Shown here in pieces: positions 56,795 through 64,000 of a stretch of 64,000 nucleotides of DNA. Source of the stretch: Bacteroidota bacterium (GTDB lineage Bacteria; Bacteroidota; Bacteroidia; NS11-12g; UBA955); the NCBI GenBank assembly GCA_040386935.1, contig JAZKEQ010000030.1, positions 600 to 64,599 on the forward strand. The letters are read 5' to 3'. Below the pieces are notes generated by a model. That model was not told the origin of the DNA and did no database searches. It saw only the letters and a program-made list of their open reading frames with translations. The position numbers and the translations under genes were made by a program. Positions within the stretch are counted from its first letter, which is position 1. Every line of letters begins with the position of its first letter.

Positions 56795-57664
56795 ATGAGT
56801 ACAGAAGTTAGGGTTGGAGGTGTTCCCGAACATTTTAATCTGCCGTGGAAACTGGCAAATGAATACGGGCTTTTTGAAAAAGATGATATTAATTTTCAAT
56901 GGCAGTTTTACAGTGCTGGCACCGGTGCTATGGTAAAAGCATTGGCTGACGATGAACTGGATATGGCAGTGTTGCTCACTGAAGGTGCTGTGTCGGCTAT
57001 TATTAAAGGATTAAAAGCGCGCATTGTTAAACAATACATTGCATCACCTTTGATATGGGGCATTCATACAGGTTGTGATTCGGGATTGGAAAATATCGGA
57101 CAATGCGAAGGAAAAAAATATGCCATCAGTCGCTTCGGTAGCGGCAGTCATTTAATGGCCATGATAGATGCAGAAATACGTGGCAAAAAAATTGAAGAAT
57201 CGGATTTTGTATTAATTGAAAATATGCAGGGCGCTTTACCTTCTTTGCAGAACAATCAGTCTCAGGTTTTTTTCTGGGAAAAGTATACCACCAAGCCACT
57301 GGTTGATAAAGGCATGTTGGAACGCATCGGTGAGTTTATAACACCGTGGAGTTGTTTTCAAATTGTGGCCACTGAAAAAGCATTGGCGACTAAACGCGGA
57401 GCCATTGAAAAAATATTGGCTTCTATGAATTTTATCTGCAAACAATTTATGAGGGCAGATAACAGCATCGATATGGTATTGGAACATTTTGAAATGAAAC
57501 CTGAAGATGCTCACTCATGGTTTTACAGTACAGAGTGGAATACGGATTATCACATCAGCGAAAAAATGCTGGAGAATGTGATGTATTCGCTAAAAAAAAT
57601 CGGCAATATCAGCAGTGAAGTGAAACCTGAAGTATTGGTTGACGAAGTGGTTGAGCTGGTTTAA
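56795..57664 (+). CDS. NMT1/THI5-like substrate-binding-fold protein (no signal peptide)
   Basis: VRVGGVPEHFNLPW...GTGAMVKAL resembles the periplasmic-binding-protein type 2 fold of NMT1/THI5-like proteins. The assignment is weak. Confidence 0.5.
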   Translation: MSTEVRVGGVPEHFNLPWKLANEYGLFEKDDINFQWQFYSAGTGAMVKALADDELDMAVLLTEGAVSAIIKGLKARIVKQYIASPLIWGIHTGCDSGLENIGQCEGKKYAISRFGSGSHLMAMIDAEIRGKKIEESDFVLIENMQGALPSLQNNQSQVFFWEKYTTKPLVDKGMLERIGEFITPWSCFQIVATEKALATKRGAIEKILASMNFICKQFMRADNSIDMVLEHFEMKPEDAHSWFYSTEWNTDYHISEKMLENVMYSLKKIGNISSEVKPEVLVDEVVELV

Positions 57665-58179
57665 GACTGCGCCTGTCTTTTCTTAGGCGATATCAAACTG
57701 TCTGCAGGGTATTGGGCTTTCATGCTGTCGCGTATTTCACGGGTCCAGTTGATGAGGGCTGATTTTTGCGTTTCATCTAAAATGGCATCTCTGTGAATAA
57801 TGGTATAAGATGACAATGGCATTTCATTCTCAGTAATTACCTCTTCAATTTCTTCCAGTTTGTGGTATTGACGGTATAAGCGGTAACTTGTAAACTCATT
57901 GAAATTTAATTCATGTTTGCCTTCATCAATGTGATTGGCTAACCAACCCGCAACAGGTTGTATTTGGGAGTACCAAGGGTATTTAGTGGTATTGCTGTGG
58001 CAATCATTGCAAGCAGTTGCCAAAATAGTTTTGACATTATCCGGCATTGGCCATTGCTTCGTAATATCGTTTGTAACATTACCGGAATTATTTTTATCAG
58101 GTCTTATGAATTGTATCAATACAAGTAAAACCAGCAATATTTTACCTGTAAGTTTAAGGATTTTTTTTAATTTGGACAT
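57661..58179 (-). CDS. heme-binding-domain protein (membrane-anchored)
   Basis: CNDCHSNTTKYPWYSQIQPVAGWLANHIDEGKHELNFNEF carries a CxxCH motif typical of the putative haem-binding domain family. The start is the ATG at 58179. Confidence 0.7.
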   Translation of the reverse strand: MSKLKKILKLTGKILLVLLVLIQFIRPDKNNSGNVTNDITKQWPMPDNVKTILATACNDCHSNTTKYPWYSQIQPVAGWLANHIDEGKHELNFNEFTSYRLYRQYHKLEEIEEVITENEMPLSSYTIIHRDAILDETQKSALINWTREIRDSMKAQYPADSLISPKKRQAQS

Positions 58180-58224
58180 GGTCCAAAAATACAAGATTTA
58201 TTTGAATGTCAAATTAATGTAATA

Positions 58225-59697
58225 TTACCCTTTTGAAATAAAGACTTTTGCTTTAAGCAATATGGGCGACAGGTATTCATCTTCAGTTGAAGGTTGAACC
58301 GCTGTATGGTAGTTAGCTAATAACTTTTCTACGGCTGATGATGAGCGCGATGGTCTTCTGTATTCAATAGCGCGTGCTGCAGTAATTAATTCAATGGCAA
58401 TGACCTGCCAAACATTTTCACAAACTCGGTACAGTTTTGTAGCGGCATTTGCTCCCATGCTCACGTGGTCCTCTTGTCCGTTGCTGCTTACAATGCTATC
58501 GATACTTGCAGGTGTACACAATTGTTTATTCTGACTCACGATACCGGCAGCGGTGTATTGGGCAATCATCAATCCACTTTCGAGTCCTGCATTTTTTGCA
58601 AGGAAAGGCGGAAGACCTCTTAAACCACTGATCAATTGATAGGTTCTGCGTTCAGAAATATTAGCGAGTTCAGCAAGTGCCATGGCTGCAAAGTCTAAGG
58701 CAAGGGCAAGTGTTTGTCCGTGAAAATTACCGGCACTGATGATCATGTCTTCATCTGCAAATACATTCGGATTATCGGTAACCGCATTTATTTCATTTTC
58801 AAAAATAGTATTGGCATAGTTGATGGCATCTCTGCTCGCTCCGTGAACCTGAGGAATGCAGCGGAAAGAGTAGGGGTCCTGTACCTGTGTTTTGGTTTGT
58901 TTGATGATTTCGCTGTCATTCAAAATGGCGACAATATCTGCCGCTGTTTGTATTTGCCCCGACTGGTTGCGAATGGTATGCGTATAAGGCAGAAAAGGTT
59001 CTATCCTTGCATCAAATGCATCAATACTTAAAGCCGCAGTGGTATTGGATTGTTTGATAATTTTATCGGCTTCCCACAAACAAGCTACCCCATAAGCACT
59101 CATGAATTGTGTGCCGTTAATTAAAGCCAAACCTTCTTTCGGTCCCAGTGTTACCGGTGTTAAACCATGCATGTCCAATACAGTTTTTGCATCAGTAATC
59201 ATGTTGTTATGCCACACATGTCCTTCACCAATCAATGGTAAGCAAAGATGGGCCAATGGGGCTAAATCGCCCGAAGCGCCTAATGATCCTTGCTGATAGA
59301 CCACAGGCACAATGCCGTAATTATAAAAATCAATTAAACGTTGAACAGTTGAAAGTTGCACACCCGAGTAGCCATAAGAAAGAGACTGTGCTTTTAATAA
59401 CAACATCAGGCGAATGATAGGTGCAGGTACATATTCACCAGTTCCACAGGCATGTGAACGCAACAGGTTGTATTGTAATTGCGCCAATTGATCATTCGGT
59501 ATTACAGTATTACAAAGTGAGCCAAAACCTGTATTGATGCCATAGATGACTGCCTGCTCTTTTGCCAGTTTTTGTTGCAGGTAGTTGTATGATTTTTCTA
59601 TGTTGGCTTTTGCTCCTTCTGATAATTCGAGCTTGGCCCCTGAATTAACAAAAGTTGCGAGCAACTGAAGTGTAATGGGATGACCTATTTGAAACAT
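58225..59697 (-). CDS. hutH: histidine ammonia-lyase (aromatic amino-acid lyase family)
   Basis: It has the MIO-forming triad context GSLGASGDLAPLAH. Confidence 0.85.
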   Translation of the reverse strand: MFQIGHPITLQLLATFVNSGAKLELSEGAKANIEKSYNYLQQKLAKEQAVIYGINTGFGSLCNTVIPNDQLAQLQYNLLRSHACGTGEYVPAPIIRLMLLLKAQSLSYGYSGVQLSTVQRLIDFYNYGIVPVVYQQGSLGASGDLAPLAHLCLPLIGEGHVWHNNMITDAKTVLDMHGLTPVTLGPKEGLALINGTQFMSAYGVACLWEADKIIKQSNTTAALSIDAFDARIEPFLPYTHTIRNQSGQIQTAADIVAILNDSEIIKQTKTQVQDPYSFRCIPQVHGASRDAINYANTIFENEINAVTDNPNVFADEDMIISAGNFHGQTLALALDFAAMALAELANISERRTYQLISGLRGLPPFLAKNAGLESGLMIAQYTAAGIVSQNKQLCTPASIDSIVSSNGQEDHVSMGANAATKLYRVCENVWQVIAIELITAARAIEYRRPSRSSSAVEKLLANYHTAVQPSTEDEYLSPILLKAKVFISKG

Positions 59698-59725
59698 GGG
59701 TTGAAAAGATTATTTGATGAATGAA

Positions 59726-61075
59726 TTAGAGCCAATGAAAATTGGTGATATCGTTTTGACTGATGGTGGATTGTTCACCGCTGTTTAAATTTTTAACGGT
59801 AACCTGCTGTTGTGCCATTTCGTTGGCGCCTATTATTACAGCCCATTGAATGTTTTTGGCATTGGCATAATCCAGTTGTTTTTTTAATTTAGAAGTGTCG
59901 GGATATACTTCGGTTCTTACACCTTTTAAACGCAGTGCATCGGCAAATGGCATGCAATATGGAAAGGCTTCCTTGTCCATACAACAAAATAAAACATCTG
60001 TAAATTTAGCGCCTTCAGCAGGGAATAAATTCAACTCTTCCATCACATCGTAAATGCGGTCGATGCCAAAAGAAATGCCTATGCCTGAAATGCCTTTTAA
60101 ACCGAATACACCTGTCAAGTCATCGTAGCGCCCACCGCCACTGATGCTACCCATTTTTACTTCGGTAGGAATGACTTCAAAAATACAACCGGTATAGTAG
60201 TCGAGGCCGCGGGCCAGACTGCCATCCAGGAATACCTGAGTAGTTTGTCCATTGAGCAGATTAAGCAATTCAGAAAGGTCGGCAATGGCTTTGCGCGCAT
60301 TGTCGGTGTCGGGTAATGAAGCGGCAATATTATTGAGAGTGTCAGTCGTAAATTCTTTTTTCTCGAGCAATGAAAGGATGATATTGCATTGATGACTACT
60401 CAATCCCAGGGTAATTAATTCATTTGTTACGCCATCAAGCCCAATTTTATCGGCCTTGTCAATGATGACTGTAATGGTTTTAAAGTGTTGCGAAGCGTTG
60501 GCTTTTTCAACTACCGCTTCTAAAAGTTTGCGGTGATTGATGCGGATTTCGTAGCCGGTTAATTTCAGTGCGGCAAATACCCTTTGGTATATTTTAACAA
60601 AGTCGGCTTCGCACATCAAAGAGGCTGTTCCCAGTACATCGGCATCGCATTGCCAGAACTCGCGGTAACGACCCTTTTGAGGGCGGTCAGCACGCCAAAC
60701 AGGTTGCATCTGGTAGCGTTTGAAAGGGAAGTGCACTTCATTTTGATTCATGACAACATAGCGCGCTAACGGTACTGTTAAGTCGTAACGCAACCCTTTT
60801 TCAGAAATATGTGAGGTGAGTTTTTTAGATTCAAAATTATCGCTGGAAATATCTTTTAAATAATCACCACTGTTCAGAATTTTAAAGATTAACTGATCAC
60901 CTTCATCACCGTATTTTCCTGTAAGGGTACTCAGGTTTTCCATGGTAGGTGTTTCCAATTGCATAAAGCCGAACGACTGATATACCTGCTCGATGGTCGA
61001 CAGGATATACTTGCGTTTGGCCATTGTATTGGGGCCAAAATCTCTGGTGCCTCTAGGTATGCCGGGTTTACTCAT
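59726..61075 (-). CDS. hisS: histidine--tRNA ligase
   Basis: It has PRGTRDF, the YQMQPVWRADRPQKGRYREFWQCD context and GGGRYD. The start is the ATG at 61075. Confidence 0.95.
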   Translation of the reverse strand: MSKPGIPRGTRDFGPNTMAKRKYILSTIEQVYQSFGFMQLETPTMENLSTLTGKYGDEGDQLIFKILNSGDYLKDISSDNFESKKLTSHISEKGLRYDLTVPLARYVVMNQNEVHFPFKRYQMQPVWRADRPQKGRYREFWQCDADVLGTASLMCEADFVKIYQRVFAALKLTGYEIRINHRKLLEAVVEKANASQHFKTITVIIDKADKIGLDGVTNELITLGLSSHQCNIILSLLEKKEFTTDTLNNIAASLPDTDNARKAIADLSELLNLLNGQTTQVFLDGSLARGLDYYTGCIFEVIPTEVKMGSISGGGRYDDLTGVFGLKGISGIGISFGIDRIYDVMEELNLFPAEGAKFTDVLFCCMDKEAFPYCMPFADALRLKGVRTEVYPDTSKLKKQLDYANAKNIQWAVIIGANEMAQQQVTVKNLNSGEQSTISQNDITNFHWL

Positions 61076-61145
61076 GGATAGGGGTTTAAAACGATGCAAA
61101 AGTAAGCAAAATGGGTTAATAGTTATTGAGTTATTCGTTATTGTA

Positions 61146-61327
61146 AGTCCCGACTCTTCGAGATTAAATTACTAAGCTAACAGCAAATCTCACTAATTCC
61201 TAATCCCTCAATCCTAATCCTGTTATTAGTTAATAGTTATAAGTTAGTAAAGTACCAGTACTTTGGGATTAAATTACTGAGCTAACAGGAAATCTCACTA
61301 ATTCCTATCCCCTCAATCCTAACCCCT
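61146..61327. repeat. direct duplication (period ~105 bp) of a hairpin-plus-tract unit
   Basis: The segment 61146-61222 recurs at 61251-61327: GGGATTAAATTACTRAGCTAACAGSAAATCTCACTAATTCCTAWCCCCTCAATCCTAAYCC. Confidence 0.8.
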
Positions 61328-61392
61328 AATAACTAAATCAAATATGGATTTTTTTAAAATTGTAATATATTCGCTTTTAAAATTTAATCAAT

Positions 61393-61812
61393 ATGGGATA
61401 CGAAGTACATGTAGTAAGAAAAAATGATTTTGAAAATGACGAAGAAGAATCGAACATTACCATGGAAGAATGGAAACATTTGGTAGAATCAACACCCGAA
61501 TTAACCTGGGAACAGTTTGCAGGAGATACTGCAGAACTTGATTATAAATACTGTTATTGGTTAGCGCATCCTGAGCAAGATGAAAGCAATAGACCGTGGT
61601 TTGATTTTTTCGGAGGCTCTATCAATACAAAGTGGACAGACCCTGCCTGCATGAAATTATTGTTGGGTATTGCTGAGCAGCTCAATGCCAAGTTGATAGG
61701 TGATGATGGTGAAATCTATACCATGAAAGAAATTATTGCTATGGAAGATTACAACAATCAACCAACACCCTCGCCAACTCCTGAAAAGAAACCCTTTTGG
61801 AAGTTCTGGTGA
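61393..61812 (+). CDS. hypothetical acidic cytoplasmic protein
   Basis: 139 aa. I recognise no motif. Confidence 0.45.
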   Translation: MGYEVHVVRKNDFENDEEESNITMEEWKHLVESTPELTWEQFAGDTAELDYKYCYWLAHPEQDESNRPWFDFFGGSINTKWTDPACMKLLLGIAEQLNAKLIGDDGEIYTMKEIIAMEDYNNQPTPSPTPEKKPFWKFW

Positions 61813-61964
61813 TTGTCATAACAGGGGAGTAAGTACCCTGATCTTAGCTTAGTATATCGCCATTCCATTAATCTGCACACAAATTTTTATTTGTGGATTT
61901 GTAATTGATAATTGTAATAAATAAACTGCTGCTTCGTTTTAATTTTGCCTTTTAGCATATTTAC

Positions 61965-64000
61965 ATGGCCACCAAAAAAAGTAATAGTTTCAGGAATGCG
62001 GCAGATGACTTTACTCCCGATGAAAAAGTCAAACAAAAACCTATTGCTTTAAGCAAGTTTGAATGGGTGAGGGACGAGCGCACTCACAAAATTCTGGGCG
62101 CGTTTTTTATTCTCTTTTCTCTGTTTTTATTTGCAGCTTTCACTTCTCACATCATCAACCTTTCCCGATTCGAAACCGATCAGGATATTTTGATGAGCAG
62201 TAACTGGAAATGGTTTAAAGCCAATAATGAAAGAGGTGCTGCCAATATGATGGGGTATTTGGGCGCTTGGTTCAGTCATTTGTTTATTCACAAATGGTTT
62301 GGTGTTTCATCTTATATTTTATTGTTGACATTTTTCACCATTGGTACGCGACTGCTGTTCAAATGGCAGGTGTATCCAATGACCAAAATATTGCGTTACA
62401 GTTTCTTCACCATTGTTTGGGTATCGGTATTAATGGGATTTATTTTTCACAACAACAATATTTTCATGGGAGGTGGATTTGGTTACTTCGGTTTCATGTG
62501 GTTGAAAAGTTTAGCAGGTACTTTTGGTGCAGCCATTATTTTACTCATGTATGCTTTGGTGTTCCTTATTCTTGTTTACAACATCGATTTAAGATTCGGT
62601 AAAAACATCAAGTCGAATATTGAAGAAGATGATGCCTTGAAAGTGCCTTTCTCTGATCACGAAACAGAAGCTGAAAGTATTAAGCAGCATTATCAGGAAC
62701 AACAGGAGCAGGTAGCAGAAGAAATAGTACCTGATTTAGCCAACTCTAATTTAGTTGAAGAAGAAGATGGCATACAATTGCATACCATCAGTGACAATAT
62801 AGAAGATGAAGTAATTGCTGAAGCCATTGATGAAATAGAAACAGGTGCCAATATTACTGAAGATATTGTGCCTGCAGTTATCAGTTTTAATGTTGAACCG
62901 GTAAAAGAAAAGAAAGTTGAAAAACCTGCTGACTTTGAATTAAAAATAGAACAACACGAGGAAGAAGAATATGTGCCGGAAGTAGCAGCAACACCTTTAG
63001 TAGCTGAGCGCACAGCGAGTTTGGATGAACCGTATGACCCAACGCTTGATTTGCCGGGCTTTCAGTTTCCTACTATTGATTTGTTACAAGAATACGAGTT
63101 TACCAAAACTGAAGTTGACAGAACAGAATTGGAAACCAGCAAAAATCTAATTGTTGAAACACTTAAAAATTACAACATCGCGATTTCTGAAATAAGAGCC
63201 AATATTGGCCCAACAGTGACTTTGTACGAAATAGTACCGGCTCCGGGTGTTAAGATATCGCGTATTAAAAATTTGGAGGATGACATTGCATTGAGCCTTG
63301 CGGCTTTGGGTATTCGTATCATCGCACCGATTCCGGGTCGCGGTACGATTGGTATTGAAGTGCCAAACAAAAAACCGGAAATGGTGCCTATGCGCAGCAT
63401 GATTGCCAGCAAGAAATTTCAGGAATGCAATTTTGAGTTGCCGGTTATTTTAGGCAAAACAATTTCAAATGAACTGTACATCGCAGATTTGAGTAAAATG
63501 CCTCACTTGCTTTGCGCAGGTGCTACCGGTCAGGGTAAATCAGTTGGTTTAAATACACTGATTATTTCCTTGTTATATAAAAAGCATCCTTCTACCTTGA
63601 AGTTTGTATTGGTAGATCCAAAGAAGGTAGAGCTCACCTTATACAATAAGATAGAAAGACATTACTTGGCAAAATTGCCGGGCGATGGCGATGCCATTAT
63701 AACCGACACCAAGTTGGTGTGTAATACTTTGAATTCATTGTGCATGGAAATGGATGAGCGTTATGAATTGCTGAAAGCAGCAGGTAAACGAAACATCATT
63801 GAGTACAACGCTAAATTCAAGGAAAGAAAATTATTGCCTACCGAAGGTCACCGATTCCTACCATATATTGTTGTAGTAATAGATGAGGTAGCCGATTTGA
63901 TGATGACAGCAGGCCGTGAAGTGGAAACCCCTATTGCGCGTTTAGCTCAGTTGGCAAGGGCTATTGGTATCCACGTGATATTGGCTACTCAGCGACCATC
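61965..64000 (+). CDS. ftsK: DNA translocase FtsK/SpoIIIE, N-terminal ~678 codons (runs off the right edge)
   Basis: My translation from the ATG at 61965 gives MATKKSNSFRN..., then TM helices, an acidic linker, Walker A GATGQGKS and ...IHVILATQRPS at the window end. It is absent from the track because no stop lies in the window. Confidence 0.9.
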   Translation, partial: MATKKSNSFRNAADDFTPDEKVKQKPIALSKFEWVRDERTHKILGAFFILFSLFLFAAFTSHIINLSRFETDQDILMSSNWKWFKANNERGAANMMGYLGAWFSHLFIHKWFGVSSYILLLTFFTIGTRLLFKWQVYPMTKILRYSFFTIVWVSVLMGFIFHNNNIFMGGGFGYFGFMWLKSLAGTFGAAIILLMYALVFLILVYNIDLRFGKNIKSNIEEDDALKVPFSDHETEAESIKQHYQEQQEQVAEEIVPDLANSNLVEEEDGIQLHTISDNIEDEVIAEAIDEIETGANITEDIVPAVISFNVEPVKEKKVEKPADFELKIEQHEEEEYVPEVAATPLVAERTASLDEPYDPTLDLPGFQFPTIDLLQEYEFTKTEVDRTELETSKNLIVETLKNYNIAISEIRANIGPTVTLYEIVPAPGVKISRIKNLEDDIALSLAALGIRIIAPIPGRGTIGIEVPNKKPEMVPMRSMIASKKFQECNFELPVILGKTISNELYIADLSKMPHLLCAGATGQGKSVGLNTLIISLLYKKHPSTLKFVLVDPKKVELTLYNKIERHYLAKLPGDGDAIITDTKLVCNTLNSLCMEMDERYELLKAAGKRNIIEYNAKFKERKLLPTEGHRFLPYIVVVIDEVADLMMTAGREVETPIARLAQLARAIGIHVILATQRP

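Noticed and set aside
58225-61075. hutH next to hisS as a histidine-sensing unit.
   Set aside because: A 28-nt gap separates the two genes, and I see no shared leader, T-box or attenuator. The adjacency may be incidental. No hutU or hutI is present to suggest an operon logic.
62267-63412. Track ORFs 62267-62602 (+), 62693-63013 (-) and 63170-63412 (-).
   Set aside because: All three lie inside the continuous FtsK reading frame, which I translated from 61965 to the window end. They have low-complexity or implausible composition.
63940-63965. TAGCTCAGTTGG, a tRNA D-arm-like string.
   Set aside because: It lies in frame inside the FtsK motor domain (RLAQLARA), and no cloverleaf can be built around it.

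Overview
This is a 64-kb chromosomal window from a Bacteroidota-type genome. The phylum call rests on T9SS C-terminal sorting domains, a PorZ-like gene next to recO, TAnnTTTG-type -7 boxes, a long-tailed S16 and few Shine-Dalgarno sites. I support about 60 protein genes. Most are housekeeping: rpsU, rpsP-rimM-trmD, ligA, dapA, lysC, fbp, recO, ung, ftsE, rnz, hutH, hisS, a 5' part of ftsK, and fatty-acid and amino-acid metabolism genes. I found no rRNA, tRNA or CRISPR array.

Five parts stand out:
1. A strongly AT-rich accessory block at about 15.2-23.6 kb. It ends in a tightly packed three-gene operon (two AlkB-like 2OG-Fe(II) dioxygenases plus an endonuclease V-like protein).
2. An uninterrupted array of 12 to 14 copies of a 21-bp repeat with phased A-tracts, directly upstream of that operon (23711-24005). 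One frame on each strand stays open through it, but neither has a usable start codon.
3. A co-oriented metal locus at 53.1-56.7 kb: a His-rich CDF exporter, a CC-motif secreted protein, a signal-peptide-bearing 12-Cys mini-protein with its own terminator, and an MbnP-like/di-heme MbnH-like pair.
4. A mosaic family of intergenic repeats at five or more loci. It has three kinds of module: a ~170-bp unit with a GAAA-capped hairpin, a REP-like hairpin AGTCCCGACCCTTCGGGAT, and tracts with strict 8-bp periodicity. Copies bracket two low-GC gene cassettes in inverted orientation.
5. A HigB/HigA-type toxin-antitoxin pair next to a truncated TfoX-like remnant.

All functional calls come from reading motifs in the translations. 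No database search, fold prediction or statistic was run, and several start codons were chosen by eye.
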